Positions 10,539-21,238 are shown, numbered from the stretch's first letter. The stretch: 64,000 bases of DNA from Bdellovibrionota bacterium (GCA_041391385.1 JAWKOD010000002.1:173659-237658); one strand, 5' to 3'. The notes: generated from the letters alone by a model not told the origin. Made by a program: numbers and translations.

Positions 10539-11393
10539 TTCTCTCATTCCAGAAGTAATTTGATGAATGATTTTTTTTGAAGCTGGGCTTTTAAGATGGT
10601 CTGCACGGTAAGCCAAAAAAAGTTTGTCCTTATAAACAGGTGACTTGGGAGAAAGAAGCTTGAGTTTTTTGGTAGGGTCTCTTTTTGCCACACGACTTGG
10701 AAGGAGGGCAACCCCTAGGCCATCGGCGCAAGCTTCGCTTATCCACTCAAGGCTTTTACTCTCAAGTATGCGATCAAAAATGAGTCCCTTTTGGGTCGCT
10801 TTTTTTACAAGATCATGGCTTTGATTGAGGTCAAGATCACAAATAAGAATTTTTTTTCGTTCAGTGCTACATTTGGGAGAAACATAAAAGCTCACTTCAT
10901 CTGTGCCCAATTCAGTGAGAACAAGGTCAGGATGGCGAATGGGGTTAATAACAAGAGCAGCATCTAATTCGAAAGAGATAACTTTTTCGAGCATGATTCT
11001 GGAAAGACCATGAACAAGGCGAAGCTCAAGTTTGTGGTAATTGTCTAACAAAGCAGGTAAAAAATGCGGAGTTGAGTAGAGGGCTACCGAGGTATGAGCT
11101 CCAAGGGTAAAGTGCCCATGGGGTTCTTGATGCGATTTGTGGAGGGTACTGGTGAGTTCTTCCCACGATTTTAGAAGCTCTTGGGCTTTGAGTTCGAAGG
11201 CTTTTCCCTCATTACTGAGCTGTACTCCCGTTTTACTTCGAATGAGAAGTTGAACCCCTAAGACGTCTTCTAAGCGCTTTAGGGCAGTAGAGAGGCTAGG
11301 TTGAGAGACTCCCAATCGCTCGGAGGCTCTGGATATGTTTAGGGTTTTAGCGACCATGAGGAAGTATTTGAGGTCGTAAAAATTAGGTAGCAT
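10527..11393 (-). CDS. LysR-family transcriptional regulator
   Basis: N-terminal HTH (NISRASERLGVSQPSLS...LEDVLGVQLLIR) plus substrate-binding domain. Confidence 0.95.
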   Translation of the reverse strand: MLPNFYDLKYFLMVAKTLNISRASERLGVSQPSLSTALKRLEDVLGVQLLIRSKTGVQLSNEGKAFELKAQELLKSWEELTSTLHKSHQEPHGHFTLGAHTSVALYSTPHFLPALLDNYHKLELRLVHGLSRIMLEKVISFELDAALVINPIRHPDLVLTELGTDEVSFYVSPKCSTERKKILICDLDLNQSHDLVKKATQKGLIFDRILESKSLEWISEACADGLGVALLPSRVAKRDPTKKLKLLSPKSPVYKDKLFLAYRADHLKSPASKKIIHQITSGMRESFK

Positions 11394-11462
11394 ATGGGGG
11401 TGTTAGCGCAAAATCTTTGCTTTGACCCCGTAAAAAATATTTGCTTCCCTTAGCAGACGCTT

Positions 11463-12632
11463 ATGACCCTTAAATTCGACAACCCTTTTATCCTAGCTCC
11501 TATGGCGGGCATTACGGATATGCCCTTTCGTCGATTGATGCGAAAAATGGGAACAGGCGCGGTAATTAGTGAATTTGTTTCTGCTCATGCGATTAAAAAC
11601 AATTCTCCAAAATTAAAAAAGTATTTGGCTTATCACGAAGATGAGCGCCCTGTCGGAATTCAACTTTTTGGTGGAGAAGACGAAATTCTAGCGCACGCCG
11701 CACAGATTGTTGAAGGCGTGGGCGTCGATTTTGTAGATATCAATTTAGGTTGTCCTGTGCCAAAAGTTACAAAAAAAGGTGGAGGCTCCGCGTGGCTTTG
11801 TCATCCGGTGGATTTGGGAAAAATGCTTGCACTTGTGAAGTCGCGCATTCAAATTCCACTCACGATAAAAATTCGCACAGGCTGGGACGACAGTTCCAAG
11901 AACGCTCTTGAGATTGTAAAGATTGCACACAACGAAGGAATAGCAGCCGTTGCCATACACGGAAGAACGCGCGCACAAGGATACTCCGGACAACCTGATT
12001 GGGATTTTATTTCAGAGATCGCAAGTGAGAGCAAAGTTCCCATTATCGGAAATGGAGATATCATCACAGGGCCACTGGCTGCTGCAAGACTGAGAACATC
12101 TGGATGTGCCGCGGTTATGATTGGCCGAGGTGCGCTAAAAAATCCATGGATTTTTCAAGAAGCTGTAGAAGCTTTAACCCTTGCAGATGCGCTCTCTCCT
12201 GATCAGCAAAAAAATCTTTTTGCAACGGTTCTTCAAAAACATGAGCTTCCCGAAACAGGCACTTTGCCAGCTGGGAGAGATTACTTTCATCGCAAAGTTA
12301 AAAAGCTTCAACCCAAGCCCACGGAGTATGTTTCTGATTGGGTAAAAATAAGAGCCGATCGCAATGCTCAGGAGCTGATTGACTTACATTTAAGTTTACT
12401 CCGCGAAACTTACCCCGAAGAGCGTGCAGAGTTTGCTTTTAGAAAATTCTTAGCGTGGTACGCAGCGGGCTACCCCGGGGCAAAAGAGTTTAGAAAATTT
12501 GTATTCACCACCGAAGAGTTTCCTCGCATTGTAGAGAGAACAGTGCAGTTTTTTGAAGGCGTTAAGCTCTTAGGTGCCAAAGGCGAAGAGCAACGCGAAA
12601 ACGATCCACTCTTCTCATCCGGCCACGGCTAA
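11463..12632 (+). CDS. dusB: tRNA-dihydrouridine synthase (DusB-like)
   Basis: LAPMAGITD, DINLGCP, VAIHGRT, IIGNGDI and VMIGRG. Confidence 0.92.
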   Translation: MTLKFDNPFILAPMAGITDMPFRRLMRKMGTGAVISEFVSAHAIKNNSPKLKKYLAYHEDERPVGIQLFGGEDEILAHAAQIVEGVGVDFVDINLGCPVPKVTKKGGGSAWLCHPVDLGKMLALVKSRIQIPLTIKIRTGWDDSSKNALEIVKIAHNEGIAAVAIHGRTRAQGYSGQPDWDFISEIASESKVPIIGNGDIITGPLAAARLRTSGCAAVMIGRGALKNPWIFQEAVEALTLADALSPDQQKNLFATVLQKHELPETGTLPAGRDYFHRKVKKLQPKPTEYVSDWVKIRADRNAQELIDLHLSLLRETYPEERAEFAFRKFLAWYAAGYPGAKEFRKFVFTTEEFPRIVERTVQFFEGVKLLGAKGEEQRENDPLFSSGHG

Positions 12633-12674
12633 AAGGCGTCAGAGACCTTTTGGGCTAGCCCCCGCTACCTTTTT
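12631..12674 (+). repeat. REP-like element, copy 1
   Basis: AAAAGGCGTCAGAGACCTTTTGGG-ctagcc-CCCGCTACCTTTTT; near-identical copies at 28141 and (inverted) 31897. Confidence 0.85.
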
Positions 12675-12719
12675 GACGTCTTAATAAAGTCTTTACAATA
12701 AATACCGATAAAAGGGGAG

Positions 12720-15440
12720 ATGAAGAAAAGACTCAGAAGGATTCTAAGTTCTTGGATTTTTTGGGGAGTTGGGGTTTTTCTATTTGTTATCGTAACTCTC
12801 GGCATCGCAGCTTTAAGTACTCCATTTAGCGAAGACGCTCTCAAGATAGTACTTAAACAAGAAACATTTAAAGACATTGAGTTGAGTGAGCTTAGACTTA
12901 AGAAAAAACATTTCGATTTACTAAAATTAAAGTGGACCTTTGAGTTAAGTGCGCATGTAGAAAAAATTTGGGGAATTCCGGTTAAAATTAAAAACCTCAC
13001 TCTCGAAGGCACAAAAGGCCTTTGGTCTAAGGGCGAAGTTGAACGAGGAGTTCTTCGCTTTTCAGAAGAAGAAAAAATATTTAAAGGAGGCTTGGCCTTT
13101 AGTCGTGGGTCTAAGGCAAAGCTTACTTGGGATTTATCTAATTTAGAATTTGCGCTTGGAAGCATTGAAAAAAAGATTGGTGTTCCAGCTTATTTAAAAA
13201 TCGAAAAAAAGACAGAAGAAAAGGTTTTAGCCGAGCTTCTTTTTGATGGATTAAAAATCCCATTAGAACTTAGCTTTCTTGAAAATTCTTTTGTTGTTCA
13301 AATCCCCAAAACAACAATTCAAACACATAAGCAAAAGCTGCCACTTGTCGCTCTTAGCGAAGTGCCGACTACCGGAGAGTGGACTTTCGCTTCGAGATTA
13401 CAGTTTGCAGGGGATCTTTTAAGTGAAGCCACTTTTTTAGAGGTTAGCGATGCACTTATAAATGTTGCTGATGTGAGTTCTGATATTTTAAGAAACGGCA
13501 GAGGCGTAGGGGTATTAAATTTAAAACTAAGCTCTTCGGAAGGTCTCTTGAACGGCACTTTAAATTTGAATTTAGATAAAGCAACTTTTGAGTTGAACGA
13601 GGGACGCTACTTTAAAGTCGAGAGCGCGCCTTTTGAATTGTCAGCTAAGCTTGATCAAAACGCAGGAGACTTTAAAATTACCTCAGATCAAAGTTCATTT
13701 GTTGCTAACTTGAAGCGCAATGGTGATATATCAGGCACGCTAAAAGATTTTGATTTAAGCCTTATTCCAAATGCACAAAAAATATTTGGTGTTACACATA
13801 ATGGAGCCGTTAGTGGCGCGGTGAGTGGCGAAATGCATGCGAAACTTATTTCTGGGCTATTGGGATCTAAGAGTATTGAGCTCGAATCAATTCGAGCAGA
13901 AAAGGCGAGCCTTGCCTTGGAGAATTACAAATTTCCTCTTTTAGTAATATCTGGAAAAAGCACCTTTGAGGGCAGCTTTGATTTTAGTAACAAAAAGAAA
14001 AGTCTAAAAGGTGATTTCGATTTTACAAAATCACGCCTTTCTATGGGCTCTCTTTATGAGAAAAAATCAGGCGATGAACTCTATGTGCGCACAACTGCGG
14101 AGTATGTGAATAACTCTTGGAAAACTTTTCAAATGGAAAGCGTAGTTGATGGGCAGAGAGTTCATTTAAAGAAAGATTCAAGTTCGGTTGTTATCCAGTT
14201 TCCAAACACGATAAAGGGCCCGGGGGAATCAATACTTTCTGGATCTGTAACCTACGCCCTTTGTGAAGATAAATTGTGCGAGGATTTTGAACCCACAGCC
14301 TATAATTTAAGAGTTTCAGATTACTCAAGTCACTTGGCGTTTTTAAATGAACTTAAGATTTCTGGAAATGTATCTAAAAAAGGCGAAAAAATTGAGGCAA
14401 AAGATTTAACTTTAAGATGGCCCTCAGGGGATAGTCTTGTAGTAGATGGAAAACTGGATAAATTTAAAACGCTCGATTTAAAAATAAAAGGTGATTTTGA
14501 TTTTAAAAACATAGCATTTTCAAATCCCTTTTTATTCTTTAAAGAGATGCCCGTTCAAAAAGGGAACCTAGAGCTTGCGATGAATCTAAAGCGAGACAAT
14601 ACGTTGTGGAACTTTATTGCGAGTGCTGACATCGAGGATAAAGCGCTTCATTTTGATCGTTTATCTATAAAACAAAGTTCACAGGATAAAGAGAACAATT
14701 CTTCATACGAGGGTCGGGCTCAAATTGATTTAGAGCCGTATCTTTTAAGAAACGAAGCTATAACCTTAACTTCAACGCTCAAAAACTCAGGAGATCTAGC
14801 AGCTTTTCAGGGATTGCTCATGAGAGGGCGCTTTGATGCTGAGCTTGTGCTTGCAACATCAGGGCTTAATCCTGAAGAGCTTTTAAAGCGCTTTAAGTTG
14901 AGAGCGTCAGGAGATGCAGAATTAGAGCAACTCCCCATTACTTTACTTATTTCTCAGGGACTTAAGTCTTACGCTAAAGAAAGACAAAAGGCTTCTGCGC
15001 GTAGTCTGGCCAAATGTTATCCGCAAAAATTGAGGGGCAAATTTGATTTTGATTACAGCGAAGGTAAGTGGAATCTTGCTCCCAGCGCCTTTCAGGGAGT
15101 GGATCGCGACTCAATCGTAAAAATTCAAGGAGTCTTGGGTGACCTAAGCTCTGTTAACCTCATCTCACACTATCTGCCCGGGCCAAAGTGTGATGCTGAG
15201 CTAGCCGCCTGCTTGGGGGATGCTTTTCCTAAGGGCGGGATGTCATTCGAAATTACAGGTGCCTTTAAAGATCCCGAGACAGATCTCGATTTTGCTTTTA
15301 TAGATCAGAGTCTGGAGAGATGTCGTGAGATCGAAGCTAGGAGAGAAGTTGCCTCAGATACCGCGGTTGATAAACGCGATCAGCGTGCACGAATCCAAGA
15401 ACTCAAAGACTTTTACAACTCTCGTAACCTCTCTCGTTGA
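12720..15440 (+). CDS. Large AsmA-like/bridge-like envelope protein (906 aa)
   Basis: N-terminal TM anchor, long beta-rich body and an AsmA_2-like C-terminus ending in FEITGAFKDPET. Confidence 0.6.
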   Translation: MKKRLRRILSSWIFWGVGVFLFVIVTLGIAALSTPFSEDALKIVLKQETFKDIELSELRLKKKHFDLLKLKWTFELSAHVEKIWGIPVKIKNLTLEGTKGLWSKGEVERGVLRFSEEEKIFKGGLAFSRGSKAKLTWDLSNLEFALGSIEKKIGVPAYLKIEKKTEEKVLAELLFDGLKIPLELSFLENSFVVQIPKTTIQTHKQKLPLVALSEVPTTGEWTFASRLQFAGDLLSEATFLEVSDALINVADVSSDILRNGRGVGVLNLKLSSSEGLLNGTLNLNLDKATFELNEGRYFKVESAPFELSAKLDQNAGDFKITSDQSSFVANLKRNGDISGTLKDFDLSLIPNAQKIFGVTHNGAVSGAVSGEMHAKLISGLLGSKSIELESIRAEKASLALENYKFPLLVISGKSTFEGSFDFSNKKKSLKGDFDFTKSRLSMGSLYEKKSGDELYVRTTAEYVNNSWKTFQMESVVDGQRVHLKKDSSSVVIQFPNTIKGPGESILSGSVTYALCEDKLCEDFEPTAYNLRVSDYSSHLAFLNELKISGNVSKKGEKIEAKDLTLRWPSGDSLVVDGKLDKFKTLDLKIKGDFDFKNIAFSNPFLFFKEMPVQKGNLELAMNLKRDNTLWNFIASADIEDKALHFDRLSIKQSSQDKENNSSYEGRAQIDLEPYLLRNEAITLTSTLKNSGDLAAFQGLLMRGRFDAELVLATSGLNPEELLKRFKLRASGDAELEQLPITLLISQGLKSYAKERQKASARSLAKCYPQKLRGKFDFDYSEGKWNLAPSAFQGVDRDSIVKIQGVLGDLSSVNLISHYLPGPKCDAELAACLGDAFPKGGMSFEITGAFKDPETDLDFAFIDQSLERCREIEARREVASDTAVDKRDQRARIQELKDFYNSRNLSR

Positions 15441-16437
15441 TTGGTTTCAAGTGGCAGCTCGTCCACTCCCGTGGCGTAAGAAAAACCCAAACCCATATGA
15501 AATTTGGATTTCTGAGATTATGTCTCAGCAAAGCACTCTTAAGATGATGCTTCCTTTTTTTGAAAGGTGGATGATACGTTTTCCAACGGTAGAGTCTCTT
15601 GCAAGTGCACCCCAAGAAGAGCTGCTTAAGCATTGGGAAGGCTTGGGCTATTACTCTCGGGCACGCAACATTCATGCGAGTGCAAAAATTCTTGCAAAAA
15701 AATTTCCTCAAACACCCACAGAGCTCATCCAACTTCCAGGTATTGGTCCTTATACAGCGGCAGCTATTGCATCGATTTCTTTTGACTATCCTGCGGTGCC
15801 TGTAGATGGAAATGTTACGCGTGTTCTGTCTCGCTATTTGGGAATTAAAAATCCCTATGGCGAAAAAAAAGATTTGCAGAGCATTTTAAAAGCCGCCGAT
15901 GAAATTGCATCCTACGTCCCCGAGTTTAGCCGAGGAACGCTTTCTCAGGCCTTGATGGAATTAGGCGCTCTGGTGTGCAAACCCGGCTCACAGGCACGAT
16001 GCTTTGAGTGCCCCATCAAAAAGAACTGTATTGCTGCAATAAACAAAGAAGTAGCCGAATTACCCTATCCAAAGCTTCGGCCAGAGATGAAGAAGCTCTC
16101 AAGGCTTTTACTTTTGTACCGCAATTCAAGGGGCGAAGTTTTACTCCGGAAAAGACCCGAATCTGGGGTTCTAGGGGGGCAGTGGGAGATCCCCTATTTA
16201 GACCTCGATATGACTTCAGCTGGGCTGCAGAGGCTCTTTGGCCCTCACTTTGAGCTCCATTTTCCCCTTAAACACACAATTATGAGTAGCTCTTATACCC
16301 TTTGGCCCATAGAGTTAGGGCGAGGTCCACGGGTACTGCCTTCTGAGCATTGTTACTATAAGGAGGGCTTTCAGGGCGTATTGAGCACGGCAACTCGTAA
16401 GTTCCTTCATAAATCCAATAAGAAATCTATTGATTAG
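15385..16437 (+). CDS. mutY: A/G-specific adenine DNA glycosylase
   Basis: LPWR, IWISEIMSQQ, WEGLGYYSRARN, HhH LPGIGPYTA, VDGNV and an Fe-S cysteine cluster (CKPGSQARCFECPIKKNC). Start is uncertain; GTG 15385 chosen. Confidence 0.95.
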   Translation: MHESKNSKTFTTLVTSLVDWFQVAARPLPWRKKNPNPYEIWISEIMSQQSTLKMMLPFFERWMIRFPTVESLASAPQEELLKHWEGLGYYSRARNIHASAKILAKKFPQTPTELIQLPGIGPYTAAAIASISFDYPAVPVDGNVTRVLSRYLGIKNPYGEKKDLQSILKAADEIASYVPEFSRGTLSQALMELGALVCKPGSQARCFECPIKKNCIAAINKEVAELPYPKLRPEMKKLSRLLLLYRNSRGEVLLRKRPESGVLGGQWEIPYLDLDMTSAGLQRLFGPHFELHFPLKHTIMSSSYTLWPIELGRGPRVLPSEHCYYKEGFQGVLSTATRKFLHKSNKKSID

Positions 16438-16467
16438 CGGGGCCTACCAAGGCATAAAGATTCAACT

Positions 16468-16689
16468 ATGGCTCGTGTTTGTAAAATTACTGGAAAAAAA
16501 CCTCTTGTAGGAAACAACGTTTCTCACTCAAACCGTAAGACAAAAATGCGCCAGCTTCCTAATCTTCGATCAAAAAGAATCTTTGATGAGAGCACTGGAA
16601 CTTGGGTGACTCTTAAAGTTTCTGCTTCGGCGTTGAGAAATATTACAAAGCTTGGCCTTAAAGCTGCTCTCGCGCAGTCAAAGCTCTAA
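16468..16689 (+). CDS. rpmB: 50S ribosomal protein L28
   Basis: [26 protein letters not shown]...PNL. Confidence 0.97.
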   Translation: MARVCKITGKKPLVGNNVSHSNRKTKMRQLPNLRSKRIFDESTGTWVTLKVSASALRNITKLGLKAALAQSKL

Positions 16690-16704
16690 GTTTTAATAAA
16701 TAGA

Positions 16705-17478
16705 TTATTTTTGATTAGAGGCTTTTGTTAAGAGCCCGTCCATTTTTTCAAAAAAGTATTTTCCTGTTTCAAACTGCATTTTGCTTGATCGAAGGCGTTT
16801 AAGTCTTAAGAGAAGAGTTTTATCTAGGCCTTGTTTTTCAAGTCGACGATCGATACCCGCAAGAAGCTCATTTGTTATATAAAATTTTTCAAAATCTTTA
16901 CTTGTGCAAGCTTTGTAATCTGGCGCAAAGCCGCTGACTTCACTCTCGGAGCTAATGAGAAGGCTGACAAAATCCTCAGTGTCTTCAAAAAAATATTCAC
17001 TTGCTAGGCCGATAATGTCGAGACGATTCTTATCGTCCATACATGGGATTAAGAGAAAAAAACTTCGCATTGCTTTTTTACGATCGCGCAGGGATATTTT
17101 TTTGTTTTTAAAGTCGTCTAGGAGCGAGTCCAAAAGAGGAGCTTCTTTTCCCGAGCAACGATCAAAGTAAATATCTTGTGCCGCTAGAACTGCAACGATT
17201 TCGAGGGGGCGAAGCTTCCAATCAAAGTCGGTCCAGTTTTTTGTTTTAGTTCTTAGAATGAGTTCCGTGGCTTTATCTTTTTGTGCTGGGACCTTTTCTC
17301 CGAGAGTGAGTTTTTCGGATCGTTTAAAAGCGGTGCTAAGAGATTTAAGTGGCTCTTTAAGATCAGAGAACGCGCATTTTTTAGATTCTGAGAAGCTTCT
17401 TGTCGCAAAAGCGCTCTCGGGATTTGCAAAACTAAGAAGGCATAGCAGTGTCAAATGCTGTAATTTAACGGCCCCCAT
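16705..17478 (-). CDS. Hypothetical secreted protein
   Basis: 257-aa ORF with a signal-peptide-like N-terminus (SAFA). Confidence 0.65.
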   Translation of the reverse strand: MGAVKLQHLTLLCLLSFANPESAFATRSFSESKKCAFSDLKEPLKSLSTAFKRSEKLTLGEKVPAQKDKATELILRTKTKNWTDFDWKLRPLEIVAVLAAQDIYFDRCSGKEAPLLDSLLDDFKNKKISLRDRKKAMRSFFLLIPCMDDKNRLDIIGLASEYFFEDTEDFVSLLISSESEVSGFAPDYKACTSKDFEKFYITNELLAGIDRRLEKQGLDKTLLLRLKRLRSSKMQFETGKYFFEKMDGLLTKASNQK

Positions 17479-17622
17479 AACTCTATTGTGAGTCCATGAG
17501 GCCTTAGCAACAAGTCTAAAGTGAAGATTTCGTTAAGCGCGCATGAATTCTCTGCAGGTGTATAAACTTTATACAAGTATCGAGCACTTTTCGGCCTCTT
17601 TTTAATCAATATATTTGAATTT

Positions 17623-19719
17623 ATGCCCGAAAATAACAATATGAAGAACTTTCTAACAATTCTTGCTTTTAGCTTTTTATTTTGCGGAACTGCTCGAGCT
17701 GCGAATGCTACGAGTGATACGCATACTGGGGAGGGTCAAAGTGGAGATAGGCCAGAAGTTGCAAATAGAACAGGAGTCTCTGCTCTTCAATCAGAACTTG
17801 TTTATCAATCTGTTTCTGAAATTGGAACTTGCGAGCATCCAAATTTAGAGCCTGGAGACAAAACTCTTACTTATAATTTAAAAACACCACTCTACTCACA
17901 GATTAGAAAATATATTGAAGATTCTGAAAAAGCGATTAAGGCAGGAAGCACGCCTCAGGAGCCTTTGGGGGCTGAAGCCTTGCAAGAGATGTTCGCAGTC
18001 CGCTATGGATTTTCTTCTTTCGAGGAATTAGGTAATGCGCCAAATGCAGATGGATTGTCAGAGGCAGTTAAAAAGTTATCAGCCTTTTATGCAAACGCTT
18101 TTGCATTGGCAAAAGAGCGCTTAGGAGATGGGAATTATTCCCAAACTATTATCGCAGATAAGATACTTAAAGCGGGAACGAGTAAGAGTACTGATCCACG
18201 TGTAATAGATAAAGCATTTTTATCTCTTTACGATCTTCTAGATCCAATCGATGCTTTTTCAGCGGCGTCTGTTTCAGACATAGATGATGCAGAGGAAACT
18301 TTGCTTGGTTGGATTAAGACATGTAAGAGCGGGACTTTGGGAGATCAAGATAAAGTAGGTGATGTAGCTGCTGAGAAAGTAGCGGATAGAGAAATAGCAA
18401 AGGCCGACAAGGCTATAGCTGATGCTTCGGCTGGTGCTGAAGCACTTAAACCTGAAGAGGCTAAAGCGCATGTAGATGCTCTACAAGCTGCGAAGAACGC
18501 ATTACCCGAAAGTTCTCCAAAGCAAAAAGAGCTAGAGGCAAAAATAGCCGCTCTAAACAAGGCGAGTGGTCAGGAAACTGCAACAGCAGCATCTGAGCCA
18601 GAGAGTGCCGCAACTCAGTTAGCGGCAAGTTTATTGTCTGACTCCGTTGATGATCAAGGGAATCGTATCGGCCCGGATGGAGAGCTATTAGCGGGAAATC
18701 CACGTGACGAAGCTCCAGTGATTAATAAAGATCCTAGTGAAATTACAGATAAGGATCTGGAACGTCTTGAAGAAGAGAGAAAACTTCTTAAAGCACAACA
18801 AGTAGAAAGCGAAGCTAAAGCCAAGAGATTATCTGCTGAATTAAAGAAATTTACAAATGATAATATTGATGGCAAAGAAACTGCGCTAACTTTCGAAGAA
18901 GCTAAGCAGAAACAGGGCGAGTTAATAGCGGAAAGAGAAAAGATAGAATCTATTAAGGAGTTAGAGGCTCGGGCTGATGCTCTGGAGCTTTCGAGGAAGG
19001 TAGCTTCAGCAAGAGAAATTTCTACTAATTTAAATTCAAGAAATGGAAGTCGTTTGGTAGCAGAGGCAACACCAGAAAAAATTGCGGCATATAAAGCTGA
19101 GGCTGCGGATTTGACTGTGAGACAAAAGGAATTGAAGGTTGCTGAAGCTGCTTTGGCTGTTGCACAGAAAAAGGTTACAGCTAATCCAAGTCTGCAAACT
19201 AACATTGATGAGCGAAATAAGGCTCAAGTTGCTGTGGATCAGGCAAGAATTGCGCATCAAAAGGCTAAGTCAGCTAGTGACGAGCTTGCCCGTGTGACTG
19301 ATTTTGCAAAAAAAGTTGATCAGATAAATAAAAAGGTAGCTGAGTTGGATGCTAACAAACAAGTTTTACCAAAAGTAAATGTTGATTTAAATGATGAGCA
19401 AGCTGTTTATGCTCATATAGCTCAGAGGAATCCTGCTTTGTTTAATCAAACGGAAGAAGAGGGTAACCCTGCTTTAATCTACGAACCAAGAGATGCTGCT
19501 TCTAAAGAACAAATAAAAAAACTGACTCGAGCGCTAAGTACAGAGGTTCGTACGAGCGCCTTTATTCAAAGCATCCTGGAGAAGAAAACACCTTTTAGTG
19601 TTTTTGATAGCAGCAAAATAAAGTTAGGCAGTAATGGTCAATATGATTTGAGTGGACTTAGTCCTGTTGAAAAACAAAGGTTTTATATTGAATTCTCTAA
19701 ATGGAAATATAAGCCGTAA
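17623..19719 (+). CDS. Large hypothetical secreted protein, Ala/Glu/Lys-rich coiled coil
   Basis: 698-aa ORF; signal peptide (MKNFLTILAFSFLFCGTARA); heptad-like AEK-rich central region. Confidence 0.75.
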   Translation: MPENNNMKNFLTILAFSFLFCGTARAANATSDTHTGEGQSGDRPEVANRTGVSALQSELVYQSVSEIGTCEHPNLEPGDKTLTYNLKTPLYSQIRKYIEDSEKAIKAGSTPQEPLGAEALQEMFAVRYGFSSFEELGNAPNADGLSEAVKKLSAFYANAFALAKERLGDGNYSQTIIADKILKAGTSKSTDPRVIDKAFLSLYDLLDPIDAFSAASVSDIDDAEETLLGWIKTCKSGTLGDQDKVGDVAAEKVADREIAKADKAIADASAGAEALKPEEAKAHVDALQAAKNALPESSPKQKELEAKIAALNKASGQETATAASEPESAATQLAASLLSDSVDDQGNRIGPDGELLAGNPRDEAPVINKDPSEITDKDLERLEEERKLLKAQQVESEAKAKRLSAELKKFTNDNIDGKETALTFEEAKQKQGELIAEREKIESIKELEARADALELSRKVASAREISTNLNSRNGSRLVAEATPEKIAAYKAEAADLTVRQKELKVAEAALAVAQKKVTANPSLQTNIDERNKAQVAVDQARIAHQKAKSASDELARVTDFAKKVDQINKKVAELDANKQVLPKVNVDLNDEQAVYAHIAQRNPALFNQTEEEGNPALIYEPRDAASKEQIKKLTRALSTEVRTSAFIQSILEKKTPFSVFDSSKIKLGSNGQYDLSGLSPVEKQRFYIEFSKWKYKP

Positions 19720-19750
19720 ATCACTGCACCCTTAACCCAATCTTAACATT

Positions 19751-19783
19751 AGGGGACGATTCTCTGACGAGGATCGTCCCTTT
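19751..19783 (+). terminator. Putative intrinsic terminator hairpin
   Basis: AGGGGACGAT-tctctgacgagg-ATCGTCCCTTT, just after the 698-aa gene. Confidence 0.55.
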
Positions 19784-19814
19784 AGCATTTGAGGTATTGG
19801 GTCGATAAGACACT

Positions 19815-20051
19815 GTGAGTGTAAATAACGAAGACAAGCTTTGGGAGCAGGTATTTGAGGTGCTGGGGAGCGACGATCGCCTAAAGCGCTTTTTGCGTAT
19901 CCCTCGCCATGAAGTGGTGGGTTTTATGAAAGCTCATGGGACTGACTTATCTGAAAAAATCTTTATTCTTTTTCGACTTATCGAAAAAGGCTACCAGCCG
20001 AGGCCACTCGTCTTGTTTTGCATTGGGGTGATTACAAAGCCTTTGCCTTGA
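19815..20051 (+). CDS. Small hypothetical protein
   Basis: 78-aa ORF filling the gap upstream of cpaF; no motif recognised. Confidence 0.5.
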   Translation: MSVNNEDKLWEQVFEVLGSDDRLKRFLRIPRHEVVGFMKAHGTDLSEKIFILFRLIEKGYQPRPLVLFCIGVITKPLP

Positions 20052-20131
20052 TTCTACATATGGTGCGCTCAGTGCGTATTTGGAAAATGGAATGTCTCAA
20101 TCAAGAAGGCAGAAAGTGCCACGAGGTTTAA

Positions 20132-21238
20132 ATGGATAAGAACAAAAGTATTTTTGAAGACTCGCTTTCGGAGTTTTTAAAACCCATAAAAGATTTGCTT
20201 GATGATGCCTCTGTTACGGAGGTTATGATCAACGGGGCTTTTGAAATTTTTTACGAAGTGAGCGGAAAAATTCACAAGAGCGAGTGTCAGTTTGAGAGCG
20301 AAGCCTCTCTCTTGGCTGCAGCCAGAAACATTTCTCAGTTTGTGGGTAAAGCTGTCACTGAGAATGAACCCATTGTAGATGCAAGACTTCCGGATGGAAG
20401 TCGTATTTGTATCGTTATTGCTCCGTGTGCAAAAAACGGAACAACGATCGCTATAAGAAAATTTGCCAAAGAAAAACTTGGGCTCAAAGATTTAATACAA
20501 TTTGGTGCCATGACTGCCGAGATGGCGCGCTTTTTAGATGTTGCCACAGTACTTAAGAGAAACATTCTCGTAAGCGGTGGTACGGGTTCTGGTAAGACTA
20601 CGTTGCTCAACGTTTTGGGCTCACGCATTCCTGGCAACGAGCGAACACTCATTATTGAAGACACGGCCGAGTTACAAATTAAAAGTAATCACGTTGTGCG
20701 TTTTGAAACAAAACCCAAAGACTTTGAAGGTAAGCACGAAGTTACTATTCGCGATTTAGTGCGAACAGCGCTACGTCTTCGCCCAGACCGAGTAATCGTG
20801 GGTGAGGTGAGGGGTTCTGAGGCTTTGGATCTTGTTCAAGCTATGAACACGGGTCATGAAGGAAGTATGGGCACGGTGCACGCCAACAATCCTTATCAGG
20901 CGATGAACCGTCTTGAAACGCTTTGTATGTTAGGTGATTTAGGAGTTCCCGCGCAAGTTATTCGAAACCAAGTGGCAGAAGCTGTGCAACTTGTAGTTCA
21001 AGCAAACAGGTTACGAGATGGAAGTCGTAAGATTACCGCGATTAGTGAAATATTGGGTCATGATGGAGACAAGTATCTCACACGTGATTTGTTCTTGTTT
21101 AAACAAACAGGGTGGAGTGCTGAGGGGAAGCTCATTGGCCATCACGAGATTTGTGGAGAAGAACCCAGCTTCAAAGATATGATTATGTCTTCAGGCTTAA
21201 ACTTCCCAATGCAAATGTTTCACAAAAAAGCCGCATAA
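20132..21238 (+). CDS. cpaF: CpaF/TadA-family pilus assembly ATPase
   Basis: DARLPDGSR, Walker A GGTGSGKTT, IEDTAEL, LRLRPDRVIVGEVRG and MNTGHEGSMGTVHAN. Confidence 0.93.
   Translation: MDKNKSIFEDSLSEFLKPIKDLLDDASVTEVMINGAFEIFYEVSGKIHKSECQFESEASLLAAARNISQFVGKAVTENEPIVDARLPDGSRICIVIAPCAKNGTTIAIRKFAKEKLGLKDLIQFGAMTAEMARFLDVATVLKRNILVSGGTGSGKTTLLNVLGSRIPGNERTLIIEDTAELQIKSNHVVRFETKPKDFEGKHEVTIRDLVRTALRLRPDRVIVGEVRGSEALDLVQAMNTGHEGSMGTVHANNPYQAMNRLETLCMLGDLGVPAQVIRNQVAEAVQLVVQANRLRDGSRKITAISEILGHDGDKYLTRDLFLFKQTGWSAEGKLIGHHEICGEEPSFKDMIMSSGLNFPMQMFHKKAA

Noticed and set aside
18274-19260. Several antisense ORFs up to 183 aa within the 698-aa gene, and similar ones throughout the window
   Set aside because: Typical antisense shadows of biased coding strands; no motifs.
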